Positions 39,942-49,496 of a stretch of 57,779 nucleotides of DNA are shown here, piece after piece. Made by a program: the position numbers and the translations under genes. Under the pieces are notes generated by a model. That model was not told the DNA's origin. It made no database searches and saw only the letters and a program-made list of their open reading frames with translations. Numbering within the stretch: position 1 is the stretch's first letter; each line of letters begins with the position of its first letter. Source of the stretch: Candidatus Desulfaltia bathyphila (GTDB lineage: Bacteria; Desulfobacterota; Desulfobacteria; Desulfobacterales; ETH-SRB1); contig JACNLL010000026.1 of the NCBI GenBank assembly GCA_014381545.1, forward strand, positions 1-57,779, in the 5' to 3' direction.

Positions 39942-42900
39942 ATGGCTAAGTTAGAAATAAAAATTGATGGCCAAACATTATGGGTTGATTCTGGCACAAT
40001 AATATTGGATGCCGCGCTCAAGGCAGGGGTTTTCATCCCAACACTGTGTTATATTCCGGGCAAAACCGCAGAACACCCTTGCGGAATATGTGTTGTTGAA
40101 GTCGATGGGAGAGAAGAATTAGTTCACGCCTGTTCCACGCTTGTGGAAAGCAACATGGTGGTAACTTCTCGAAGTAATCGGGTTATAAAAGCAAGACAAC
40201 AGGTTTTAGAACGGATGCTGTCGAAACATTATGGCGATTGTATTGCGCCATGTTCTCTGACATGTCCAGCCCATATCAATATCCAGGGTTATCTCAGCCT
40301 GATCTCACAGGGTGAGTTTATAGAGGCCCTGAAACTTATCAAAGAAAAGAATCCACTCCCTCTTTCTGTTGGAAGGGTCTGCCCACATTTTTGTGAAACT
40401 CTATGTCGCCGTATCCTGGTAGACGAATGTCTCTCCATTAATCATCTAAAGCGATTTGTAGCAGATTTTGCTGCCGATCATAAAGATGCGCATGCTTTGC
40501 CTCCTCCACCATCCTCCGGACACAGAGTTGCTGTGATCGGCGGGGGGCCTGCCGGACTTTCCGCTGCTTATTATCTGTCCTATATGGGTCATGAGGTAAC
40601 TATATTTGAGGCAATGTCTCAACTGGGCGGAATGCTTCGTTATGGGATCCCGGAATTTCGTCTTCCCAAAAAAATCGTTGACAAAGAGATAGAAAGTATA
40701 CTCAGAGCAGGCATCCGTTCACGAACCAGAAAGAGGCTGGGAGTTGACTTTACTATTAAGAGCCTGAAGGAAAGCGGTTTTGAGGCTATTTTTCTTGGCA
40801 TTGGCGCCTGGCGGAATCAAAAAATGGGTATTGAGGGAGAGGAGTTGGAGGGGGTTCTTTCGGGCCCTGAATTTCTTAAGAGCATCGGCATGGGCTTGAT
40901 GCCGTCCGTAGGTCGAAGGGTAGCCGTAATAGGAGGGATAGATACTGCCGTAGATACGGCCAGGACCTGTGTGAGAATAGACAACGTAGATGAAGTTGTT
41001 GTTATATATCAACGTTCAATGATGGAGATGCCGGCAAGCCATCGAGAAGTCATTGAAGCCGAAAAAGAGGGTGTCAAGTTTATCTTTATGACAGGGCTTA
41101 CAAAGATAAAGAAAGAGAAAGACTTTCTTGAACTTGAAACAGTCCGTATGAAGTTGAGTAGACCCGACAAGAGGGGAAAGCGCCGGCCGATTCCTGATCC
41201 TGGATCCGAAAAAACCCGTGAAACAGATACAGTAATTGTGGCAACCGGACAGACCCCTGACCTTTCCTGGATGGAACTACCGGATGAAGGGGTAAAACCG
41301 CGTGTCCTTTCCGGTGGAACTATTATTGCCGGTCCTCAAACTTTTCAGACTTCGGAGAAAGAAGTTTTTGCAGGAGGGGACGCTGTACGCGGCCCAAGAA
41401 CGGTTATCCAGGCAATCACCGGGGGGAGAAAGGCGGCCAAAGCAATACATCTATATCTTAAGAAAAAACCGCTGTACTACACAAAACGGCAACTCAATTT
41501 CACAAAGGGCAAAAAATTCGAGGATGTTGATCTGCATAACTTCGAAAATGTTCCAATACGCCTGGGAGAAAAGATGCCTGTGCGGGCGCCGGAAAGACGC
41601 ACCCTGGATTTTGATGAAATAGAATTGGGATTTACTGAGGAGACCGCGCTTCGGGAGTCCAAACGATGCCTGCAGTGTGGATGTACAGCTCTTTCCAAAT
41701 GTAAGTTGCGTGAATTATCCATAGAATACGGAGTAAGGTTTCGTATATCCAGAATGCTAAAACGCAGGCAATACGAGATCGACAGCCGTCATCCTTTTAT
41801 TATTATTGATCCCAATAAGTGTATATTTTGCCAGCGTTGCAAGAATAGCTGTGAATATGGCGCATTGGAGCTGACCGGGACAAATTTTGACAATAACGGA
41901 CTCCCTGAACAAATCTCCATAATTATTAATGAAAAGTGCGTTTCTTGCGGCGCTTGCGTAGATGAATGTCCGGCAGGCGGTCTGGCAAAAAAATCGATCT
42001 GCTTTCCTGTTGGCCCTCATGAAATCAAAAAAGTCAAAACAGTCTGCCCGTTCTGCGGTTGCGGATGCACCATTGACTTGACCATGAAAGGAGACTCAAT
42101 CATTGAAGTAACCTCTGATCCTGAGGATAGCCTCAATTTCGGGCAGATCTGTGTTAAGGGGAGGTTTGGAATCAATTTTGTTCGTCATCCGGATCGATTA
42201 AAAAAACCGCTTGTCCGAAAAAGGGAATATTTTGAGGAGGTGAGCTGGGAAGATGCGATCTCTCTTGTTGCACAAAAATTTCTGGAAATAAGGGATAATG
42301 ATCCTGATAGTCTGGCCGGTTTGAGTTCGGCAAAGTGCACCAATGAAGAAAATTACCTCATGCAGAAATTTATGCGCACAGTGATCGGCACAAATAATAT
42401 TGACAACTGCGCGCGGCTCTGTCACGCATCCACAGTGGCCGGTTTGGCCGCATCGTTTGGAAGCGGGGCCATGACCAACTCTATAGCCGATTTCAAAAAG
42501 GCTGATGTAATCCTCCTTACAGGAAGCAATCCCACTGAAAATCATCCTGCCATAGCCCTTGGTATGATAAAAGCCATACAAGAAAACAAGACAAAACTGA
42601 TTGTAGTCGATCCCCGTGAGATAGAAATAGTGCAGTATGCCGAAATCTGGCTGCGTCCAAAGCCCGGCACGGATATGGTCTGGTTAAACGGCATGATGAA
42701 CGTAATTATAGATGAAGATCTATATGATATCTCTTATGTGGCCGAAAGGACGGAGAACTTTAATGCTTTGAAAGAGACGGTGATGCAATACAACCCGGAA
42801 TTTGTTGAACAGGTGACCGGCATACCCGCAAAAGATCTTATCAGGGCTGCGCATCTTTATGCCAAAGCTGAGCGAGGCTCTATTGCATATGCCATGGGCA

Positions 42901-44051
42901 TCACCCAGCATGCATTCGGCACCGACAATGTTAAATCGATTGCCAATCTCGCTATGTTGTGCGGAAACGTAGGAATCGAAGGAGGCGGGGTTAACCCGCT
43001 GCGAGGTCAAAACAATGTGCAGGGAGCATGCGATATGGGTGCTCTCCCAAATGTACTTCCTGGTTATCAGTATATTTCCGATCAGGAGACCGCCAGGAAA
43101 TTTGAAGAGGTCTGGGGCAAGAAACTTCCGCCAAAACCAGGCCTGGCTCTAACAGATATGTGGCCCGCTATTCTGGAAGGAAAGATAAAAGGGATGTACA
43201 TCATGGGAGAAAACCCTGTTCTTAGCGATCCCAACTCAAAACAGGTAGAAGCGTCTCTCAAAAAATTAGATTTTCTGGTGGTTCAGGATATCTTCATGAC
43301 AGAGACGGCAAAGTTGGCCAATGTAATCCTTCCTGCTGCCAGTTTTGCCGAAAAAGACGGCACCTTTACCAATACAGAAAGACGGGTCCAACGGGTGAGA
43401 AAGGGATTGGAACCCCTGGGTGATTCCAAACCGGACTGGAAGATCATCTGCAACCTGTCTGAAAAGATGGGCGTGCCTATGAATTACGATAGCCCTGAAG
43501 AGATCATGGAAGAAATCGCCTGTTTTGTCCCGATTTACGGCGGGATTCACTACGAACGCCTCAATAAGAATGGTCTCCAGTGGCCGTGCCCGAACAGGGA
43601 ACATCCCGGCACGCCGTATCTACACAAAGATAGTTTTACCCGTGGAAAAGGATTGTTTCACTCCGTGGAATTCATCCTCTCCGGTAAACTTCCGAATGAA
43701 GAATATCCTTTTCTTCTTTCGACAGGAAGAGTTCTTTACCATTACAACAGCGGTACCATGACCCGCAAGGTAGATGGGCTGCGTACGGTTTTTCCTGAAT
43801 CGATCATTGAGATTAATCCGTTGGATGCGGAAAAGAAGGGAATAGCGAACGGAAGTATGGTCAAGATAAGATCCCGACAAGGAGAGATTGCCACGCGCGC
43901 CCGTCTTACCAGGAAAAGCCCGGAAGGAATTGTCTTTATTCCGTTTCATTTCCGGGAAGCAGCAGTCAATGTTTTGATCGGAAACACTCTTGACCCTGTC
44001 GCTCGAATACCGGCATTCAAGGTCTGTGCGGTTAGGGTGGAACCGGCATGA
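39942..44051 (+). CDS. fdhF: Formate dehydrogenase alpha subunit fused to an N-terminal [2Fe-2S] and a GltD-like FAD/NAD(P)H module
   Basis: IPTLC..PCGIC, GRVCPHFCE..CRR, GGGPAGL, CPFCGCGC, SAKCTNEENY, CARLCH (Cys, TGT), PLRGQNNVQG.CD, GTFTNTERRVQ. Confidence 0.9.
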   Translation: MAKLEIKIDGQTLWVDSGTIILDAALKAGVFIPTLCYIPGKTAEHPCGICVVEVDGREELVHACSTLVESNMVVTSRSNRVIKARQQVLERMLSKHYGDCIAPCSLTCPAHINIQGYLSLISQGEFIEALKLIKEKNPLPLSVGRVCPHFCETLCRRILVDECLSINHLKRFVADFAADHKDAHALPPPPSSGHRVAVIGGGPAGLSAAYYLSYMGHEVTIFEAMSQLGGMLRYGIPEFRLPKKIVDKEIESILRAGIRSRTRKRLGVDFTIKSLKESGFEAIFLGIGAWRNQKMGIEGEELEGVLSGPEFLKSIGMGLMPSVGRRVAVIGGIDTAVDTARTCVRIDNVDEVVVIYQRSMMEMPASHREVIEAEKEGVKFIFMTGLTKIKKEKDFLELETVRMKLSRPDKRGKRRPIPDPGSEKTRETDTVIVATGQTPDLSWMELPDEGVKPRVLSGGTIIAGPQTFQTSEKEVFAGGDAVRGPRTVIQAITGGRKAAKAIHLYLKKKPLYYTKRQLNFTKGKKFEDVDLHNFENVPIRLGEKMPVRAPERRTLDFDEIELGFTEETALRESKRCLQCGCTALSKCKLRELSIEYGVRFRISRMLKRRQYEIDSRHPFIIIDPNKCIFCQRCKNSCEYGALELTGTNFDNNGLPEQISIIINEKCVSCGACVDECPAGGLAKKSICFPVGPHEIKKVKTVCPFCGCGCTIDLTMKGDSIIEVTSDPEDSLNFGQICVKGRFGINFVRHPDRLKKPLVRKREYFEEVSWEDAISLVAQKFLEIRDNDPDSLAGLSSAKCTNEENYLMQKFMRTVIGTNNIDNCARLCHASTVAGLAASFGSGAMTNSIADFKKADVILLTGSNPTENHPAIALGMIKAIQENKTKLIVVDPREIEIVQYAEIWLRPKPGTDMVWLNGMMNVIIDEDLYDISYVAERTENFNALKETVMQYNPEFVEQVTGIPAKDLIRAAHLYAKAERGSIAYAMGITQHAFGTDNVKSIANLAMLCGNVGIEGGGVNPLRGQNNVQGACDMGALPNVLPGYQYISDQETARKFEEVWGKKLPPKPGLALTDMWPAILEGKIKGMYIMGENPVLSDPNSKQVEASLKKLDFLVVQDIFMTETAKLANVILPAASFAEKDGTFTNTERRVQRVRKGLEPLGDSKPDWKIICNLSEKMGVPMNYDSPEEIMEEIACFVPIYGGIHYERLNKNGLQWPCPNREHPGTPYLHKDSFTRGKGLFHSVEFILSGKLPNEEYPFLLSTGRVLYHYNSGTMTRKVDGLRTVFPESIIEINPLDAEKKGIANGSMVKIRSRQGEIATRARLTRKSPEGIVFIPFHFREAAVNVLIGNTLDPVARIPAFKVCAVRVEPA

Positions 44052-44082
44052 CTCTTATGGGCCGTGGGATGTGAAAGTGTAA

Positions 44083-44859
44083 TTATCTTCTTCCGCTTGT
44101 AATGAATGCATAGGCATTATGGTTGTGGATTGACTCAAAATTTTCAGCGCTTACAGAAAACCAGGTAACATTTTCGTCTTTTTTCAGCTTTTCAGCGACA
44201 TCCCGAACAATATCCTCAACAAACTTAGGGTTTGAAAAACCCTGTTCAGTTACATGCTTTTCATCAGCACGTTTTAATACAGAATATACTTCGCATGACG
44301 CGGATTTCTCCACCAGATCTATCATATCTTCTATCCAGATAAATTTTTTAAATCTCGTGCTGAGCCTGACTTCTCCCCGCTGATTATGAGCGCCTGTGTC
44401 GCTGATTTCCTTTGAGCAGGGACATACGGAAGAAATAGGAACTATTACTTCTGATACAAGATCGACTCTGCCGTCAGGACCGCTCGATCCGATGATCCTG
44501 CATGTATAGTCCATGAGTCCCGGAGAATCACTTACAGGAGCCTTTTTTTCAATAAAATAAGGAAAAATAATCTCAATATGCGCTGAAGCAGCATTTAAAT
44601 ACTCCTTCATCTGCTCAAGAATATCTGCGATTTTTTTTAAAGAAACTTCAGGTCGAAACAAATGGAGCAGTTCAACAAAACGGCTCATATGCGTACCTTT
44701 GTATCTCTCAGGCAGGTCAACATACATGTTTATTGAAGCGATAGTATGCTGAAAACCGTTCTTCTGGTCAAGAACCATAATGGGATATCGAAGATCTTTT
44801 ATTCCCACCTTGTCAACAGGTATATTGCGAAAATCGTGTTGGTTCTGGATATCTTTCAT
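44083..44859 (-). CDS. folE2: GTP cyclohydrolase IB
   Basis: KGTHMSRF, VCPCSKEIS..GAHNQR, NPKFVEDIVRD, ESIHNHNA. Confidence 0.96.
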   Translation of the reverse strand: MKDIQNQHDFRNIPVDKVGIKDLRYPIMVLDQKNGFQHTIASINMYVDLPERYKGTHMSRFVELLHLFRPEVSLKKIADILEQMKEYLNAASAHIEIIFPYFIEKKAPVSDSPGLMDYTCRIIGSSGPDGRVDLVSEVIVPISSVCPCSKEISDTGAHNQRGEVRLSTRFKKFIWIEDMIDLVEKSASCEVYSVLKRADEKHVTEQGFSNPKFVEDIVRDVAEKLKKDENVTWFSVSAENFESIHNHNAYAFITSGRR

Positions 44860-44861
44860 TT

Positions 44862-44945
44862 AGGTGTTAAGTGTTAAGTGTTGAGTGTTAGGTGTTGAGT
44901 GTTAGGTGTTGAGTGTTAGGTGTTGAGTGTTAGGTGTTAGGTGTT
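44862..44945. repeat. 12-unit heptamer tandem (RRGTGTT) filling the ttcA-folE2 gap
   Basis: aggtgtt/aagtgtt/gagtgtt x12, including (gagtgttaggtgtt)x4. Confidence 0.95.
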
Positions 44946-44948
44946 ACT

Positions 44949-45680
44949 CTACTTCAATAAATAGTCTGTATTCACATGGCTCATGGCCCTGAAAATATTC
45001 CCTTTTATCTTTTTATTGCTGCTGTATAACTGCCTTAAAAGGTTTTTTATTTCCTGTCGTTTAGATACTTTTGCCGAAGGGCATGGATTGACAAACTCCG
45101 GGAACCCTTTTTCACCGGCAAAACAGCTTATGATATCCTCATCCACAAATGCAAGGGGCCTTATTACTGTAAACCTTCCCTGGAAAAAAGACTGGGAAGG
45201 AACCATAGTGCTAATCTCACCTGAATAACACATATTCAAGAACAGCGTCTCAATAATATCATCCTTGTTATGCCCGAGGGCCAGTTTGTTGCACCCAAGT
45301 TCATCAGCAATTTCAAAAAGCCGTTTCCTGCGTAACCTTGAACACAAAAAACAGGGGTTTTCCCGATTCGTCGAGCTATGAGCCAAAATTCCATAGTCTG
45401 TATGCTCTACGATGAGCTTGAAGCCGTTTCTATCGCAATAATCCGCAAGGGCTTCACTAAAGCCTCCCTCAAACCCCGGATCAACGCAAACAGCAAACAA
45501 CTCATATTTTATGGAAATTCGAGGCTGACGTTCCTTTAAAATCGATAGGAGAGCAAGACTGTCTTTTCCTCCGGAGAGCCCCACCAGTATTCTATCTTCA
45601 TCAGATATCATATCATATTGATGAAGGGCTTTGCCGACGGCTCTATTTAACACTTTATATATATAGCTTGGTTTTGACAA
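44949..45680 (-). CDS. ttcA: tRNA 2-thiocytidine biosynthesis protein
   Basis: SGGKDS PP-loop, PCFLCSRLRR, ALGHNKDD, IRPLA. Confidence 0.88.
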   Translation of the reverse strand: MSKPSYIYKVLNRAVGKALHQYDMISDEDRILVGLSGGKDSLALLSILKERQPRISIKYELFAVCVDPGFEGGFSEALADYCDRNGFKLIVEHTDYGILAHSSTNRENPCFLCSRLRRKRLFEIADELGCNKLALGHNKDDIIETLFLNMCYSGEISTMVPSQSFFQGRFTVIRPLAFVDEDIISCFAGEKGFPEFVNPCPSAKVSKRQEIKNLLRQLYSSNKKIKGNIFRAMSHVNTDYLLK

Positions 45681-45690
45681 AAGTGAACGG

Positions 45691-45894
45691 TTACTTTTTT
45701 TCTTTATCTTGCTCTATAACGACCTTGCCGGCGGCAATTTCTCTGAGAGCGACAACAATATCTTCATTTTTCGGCGAATTTACCAGATATTCGGAACCTT
45801 CGCTAATCTGTCTAACGCGCTTCACAGCCACATTGCACAACAAAAAACGGTTTGGTATCTTTTCCAGGCAATCTTCAATTGTAATACGTGCCAA
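45691..45894 (-). CDS. rpoZ: RNA polymerase omega subunit
   Basis: ARITIEDCL...NRF.L...ALREIA.G; TTG start after GGAGG. Confidence 0.93.
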   Translation of the reverse strand: MARITIEDCLEKIPNRFLLCNVAVKRVRQISEGSEYLVNSPKNEDIVVALREIAAGKVVIEQDKEKK

Positions 45895-45945
45895 AATAAA
45901 AACCTCCATTATTAACTAAGTTTGGTCAAGTGGTTAAGTGGTTGA

Positions 45946-46413
45946 TTACAATATCTCTACCAATTCGTAAAATCTTTTTCCACCAGGAGCCTGAAGCTGG
46001 ATCTCGTCTCCTGGTTTTTTCCCCACAATCGCTCTGCCAAGTGGTGAAGATACTGATATTCGACCTTCCTCGACACTTGATTCGTCCGGCCCCACAAGCT
46101 GATATTTTACATTCTCTTCATTATCTATATTTTCAAGCAAAACAGTGCAGCCAAATACAGCACAATCCTTGGGAAGTGTATCAGGATCGATGATATCAGC
46201 ATTGGCCAGCTTGTGCCCTAATTCACCTATCCGGCCTTCAATAAAACTCTGCCTGTCCTTTGCCGCTTCAAACTCGGCATTTTCAGAAAGATCTCCATGT
46301 GCCCTAGCATCTTCAAGAGCCTTAATATTTTTAGGCCGCTCAATTTTTTTAAGATGTTCCAGTTCTTTTTTAAGGATCTCATAACCCTCTTTTGTAATTG
46401 GTATTCTCTCCAT
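45946..46413 (-). CDS. greA: Transcription elongation factor GreA
   Basis: ARAHGDLSENAEF.AAK, ISVSSPLGRA. Confidence 0.96.
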   Translation of the reverse strand: MERIPITKEGYEILKKELEHLKKIERPKNIKALEDARAHGDLSENAEFEAAKDRQSFIEGRIGELGHKLANADIIDPDTLPKDCAVFGCTVLLENIDNEENVKYQLVGPDESSVEEGRISVSSPLGRAIVGKKPGDEIQLQAPGGKRFYELVEIL

Positions 46414-46455
46414 TTAAACTCCATTTTCGATCTTTAGTAATACTTCAGCTCGCTT

Positions 46456-46531
46456 AATTGGGAATTTGGGAATTGATCCGCCTGCGGCGGACTACTGATT
46501 TTAATCCCTCAATCCCTCAATCCGTAATTCC
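46456..46531. repeat. Inverted octamer array with a central GC hairpin
   Basis: gggaattt gggaattg - tccgcc tgc ggcgga - aatccctc aatccctc; same unit at 37343-37366. Confidence 0.7.
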
Positions 46532-46542
46532 TGTTTCGATCT

Positions 46543-47565
46543 TTATAAATAGTTTTCTGCCAGAATTTCCGCTATCTGAACCGTATTGGTTGCAGCTCCT
46601 TTCCTTATGTTATCGGCAACAACCCACATATTTATCCCGTTTGGAATCGATTCATCCTCCCTGATGCGGCCCACAAGTGTCAAATCCTGACCGGCGGCAT
46701 CAACAGCTAACGGATAAACATTCTTTTCAGGATCATCCATAACCTTAACACCGGGTGCATTTTCAAGAAGAGACTTCACTTCAGAAGCTGTGATATGCTT
46801 TCTGGTTTCAATATTAATCGATTCAGAGTGGCCGAAAAACACCGGAACACGAACCGTTGTTGCCGTGACCCCTATATTATCGTCTTCCAGGATTTTTCTT
46901 GTCTCATCTACCATCTTCATTTCTTCTTTGGTATATCCATTATCCAGAAACACATCTATGTGCGGAAGGCAATTAAAAGCTATCCTGTGTGGATATACAT
47001 TTGTCTTGTAATCGATGAAATTGATCATGGATCTTGTCTGATCAAAAAGTTCATCAATTGCTTTCTTCCCTGTGCCTGATACGGCCTGATATGTTGAAAC
47101 CACAATCCTCTTTATTCCGCATTTCTTGTGAATAGGATTAAGAGGAACAACCATCTGGATTGTAGAACAGTTCGGATTTGCAATAATACCCTTGTTTGTA
47201 TATTGTGCCACTGCATGAGGATTGACTTCAGGAACGACGAGCGGAACCTCGGGATCCATCCGCCAGGCGCTGGAATTATCAACAACAACGCACCCATCCT
47301 TTGCGGCAATTGGCGCAAAATTTTTACTTATACCCCCGCCTGCCGAAAAAAGAGCAATGTCCACGCCTCTGAAAGAATTTTCTTTCAATTCTTCAACTTC
47401 CACTAAATCTCCTCTGAAACGAAGCTCACGCCCAACAGATCGACTGGAAGCTAAAAGCTTAATAGACTTGACAGGAAAGTTCCTCTCTTCCAGACAGATT
47501 ATCATCTGATTCCCAACAGCGCCTGTAGCGCCTGCCACTGCGACATTAAATTTCTTCTCAGACAT
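46543..47565 (-). CDS. asd: Aspartate-semialdehyde dehydrogenase
   Basis: GATGAVG, DNSSAWR, ANPNCSTIQ, STYQAVSG, RVPV..GHSE, DNIRKGAA. Confidence 0.97.
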   Translation of the reverse strand: MSEKKFNVAVAGATGAVGNQMIICLEERNFPVKSIKLLASSRSVGRELRFRGDLVEVEELKENSFRGVDIALFSAGGGISKNFAPIAAKDGCVVVDNSSAWRMDPEVPLVVPEVNPHAVAQYTNKGIIANPNCSTIQMVVPLNPIHKKCGIKRIVVSTYQAVSGTGKKAIDELFDQTRSMINFIDYKTNVYPHRIAFNCLPHIDVFLDNGYTKEEMKMVDETRKILEDDNIGVTATTVRVPVFFGHSESINIETRKHITASEVKSLLENAPGVKVMDDPEKNVYPLAVDAAGQDLTLVGRIREDESIPNGINMWVVADNIRKGAATNTVQIAEILAENYL

Positions 47566-47567
47566 GA

Positions 47568-48635
47568 TTACTTTCCTTTAATATATTCTGACACAAGGTC
47601 GCCGACCTCTTTTGTCGTAAATCCCATCTTCCCTGCTCCAACATCCTTTAGATCGTCTCGCAGAACCTTTCTTACCGCCCCTTCTATCAAAGAGGCTGCT
47701 TTATGCTCACCTAATGTTTCAAGCATAAGTTTGGCTGCTAAAATCGCTGCAATCGGATTGATTACCTGCTTGCCGGTATACTTGGGAGCAGACCCGCCGA
47801 TCGGTTCGAACATTGAAATACCATCAGGATTGATATTTCCTCCTGCCGCAATCCCCATACCACCCTGTATAATTGCTGCCAGATCGGTAATAATATCCCC
47901 AAACATATTATCGGTAACAATAACATCGAACCACTCAGGGTTTTTTACCATCCACATGCAGACAGCATCAACGTGCGCATAATCTGTTTCAATGTCCGGG
48001 TACTCTTTTGCAACCTCATTAAAGGCGCGTTCCCACAGATCAAAGGCAAAGGTCAGCACATTGGTCTTTCCGCAAAGAGTTAACTTTTTTGCCTTGTCGC
48101 GTTCTCTGCAATATTCAAAGGCATATCTTACGCATCTTTCCACTCCCTTGCGTGTATTTATTGATTCCTGAATTGCCACTTCATCAGGAGTCCCGCGCTT
48201 TAAGCAGCCGCCTGCGCCTGCGTAAAGACCTTCCGTATTCTCACGCACCACGACAAAATCAATATCTTCAGACCCCTTGTCCTTTAACGGAGTATTAACT
48301 CCTTCATACAACTTAACCGGTCTTAAGTTGACATACTGGTCAAAATGAAACCTGAGTTTCAAAAGTATGCCCTTTTCAAGAATACCAGGTTTAATATCCG
48401 GATAACCGATGGCGCCCAAGTATATTGCGTCCGACAGTGCAAGCGACTCAAGGACCTTATCCGGCAAGATCTCTCCGGTTTCTTTATAATGGCCACCGCC
48501 AATATTGTAATGGGTAAATTTACAGATAAAACCGCATTTATCCGCCACTGTTTCAATTGTTTTGATACCCTCTGCTATAACTTCCGGACCTGTTCCGTCA
48601 CCAGGGATGATTGAAATTCTATATTCTTTTGACAT
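47568..48635 (-). CDS. leuB: 3-isopropylmalate dehydrogenase
   Basis: PGDGTGPE, NLRP, VRENTEG.Y, NMFGDI.TD, FEPIGGSAP. Confidence 0.88.
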   Translation of the reverse strand: MSKEYRISIIPGDGTGPEVIAEGIKTIETVADKCGFICKFTHYNIGGGHYKETGEILPDKVLESLALSDAIYLGAIGYPDIKPGILEKGILLKLRFHFDQYVNLRPVKLYEGVNTPLKDKGSEDIDFVVVRENTEGLYAGAGGCLKRGTPDEVAIQESINTRKGVERCVRYAFEYCRERDKAKKLTLCGKTNVLTFAFDLWERAFNEVAKEYPDIETDYAHVDAVCMWMVKNPEWFDVIVTDNMFGDIITDLAAIIQGGMGIAAGGNINPDGISMFEPIGGSAPKYTGKQVINPIAAILAAKLMLETLGEHKAASLIEGAVRKVLRDDLKDVGAGKMGFTTKEVGDLVSEYIKGK

Positions 48636-48710
48636 GATGCTATGCTCCCAAAATAGCCGACAACCTGAAACCCGACACCCGATCGCTGCCCGCTGATATT
48701 TACATCCTTA

Positions 48711-49496
48711 TTAAACAGGCTTTGTGTCGTGCCTCTTTGTTTCGTGAGATTCGGTCTCTTTTTGTTTTATAAGTTTATGATACCTTATTGTAGTGATGGG
48801 ACCTGAGACGACATAGGCAAGGCCTAAAAGAAACAGAGCAATGGGCGGCTGAGCAGCAATAAAAATTAATATCAGTATCGCGGTGACCAGAACATTAAAA
48901 TTCATCTTTCTAAAAAGTTCCGGATTCTTTTTAAAGCTATTATATTTAATCGTACTAACCATCAAAAAGGCAAGCATGTAAAGCATTACAATAATTACCA
49001 CAGAATTTGCATTCCCTGCAATGTCAAATCTATTACAAAACAAGACAGTGGTTGCAGCCATGCCTGCTGCAGCCGGTATTGGAAGACCAATAAAATACTC
49101 GCCGCTGGTACTGCCCGTCTGTGTATTGAAACGGGCCAGCCTTAGCGCTCCGCACGTCATAAAAAGGAATGCGGCAAGCCAGCCGATCCTCCCAAGAGGT
49201 TTAAGCGCCCATAAGTAAATCATTAACCCGGGAGCAAGACCAAAGGATATAAGATCTGCAAGAGAATCGTATTCCACGCCGAATTTGCTTGCAGTCTTTG
49301 TAGCCCTGGCGATTTTACCGTCTAAAATATCAAATACAACCGCAATTATTATCGCTATAGCCGCTGCAAGATATTTGCCGTCTATAGCAGATATAATCGC
49401 ATAGAAACCGCAAAAAATATTAAGAGAAGTAAAGATATTCGGCAGAATATATATCCCTCGGCGAAAGTCCTTTTTTCTAATTTTTTTTCTTTTCAT
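48711..49496 (-). CDS. pssA: CDP-diacylglycerol--serine O-phosphatidyltransferase
   Basis: LPN.FT, D.LDGKIAR...SKFG.EYDSLAD.ISFG, ALRLARFN. Confidence 0.95.
   Translation of the reverse strand: MKRKKIRKKDFRRGIYILPNIFTSLNIFCGFYAIISAIDGKYLAAAIAIIIAVVFDILDGKIARATKTASKFGVEYDSLADLISFGLAPGLMIYLWALKPLGRIGWLAAFLFMTCGALRLARFNTQTGSTSGEYFIGLPIPAAAGMAATTVLFCNRFDIAGNANSVVIIVMLYMLAFLMVSTIKYNSFKKNPELFRKMNFNVLVTAILILIFIAAQPPIALFLLGLAYVVSGPITTIRYHKLIKQKETESHETKRHDTKPV

Noticed and set aside
44862-44945. Possible CRISPR array
   Set aside because: Contiguous 7-nt units with no unique spacers and no cas genes.
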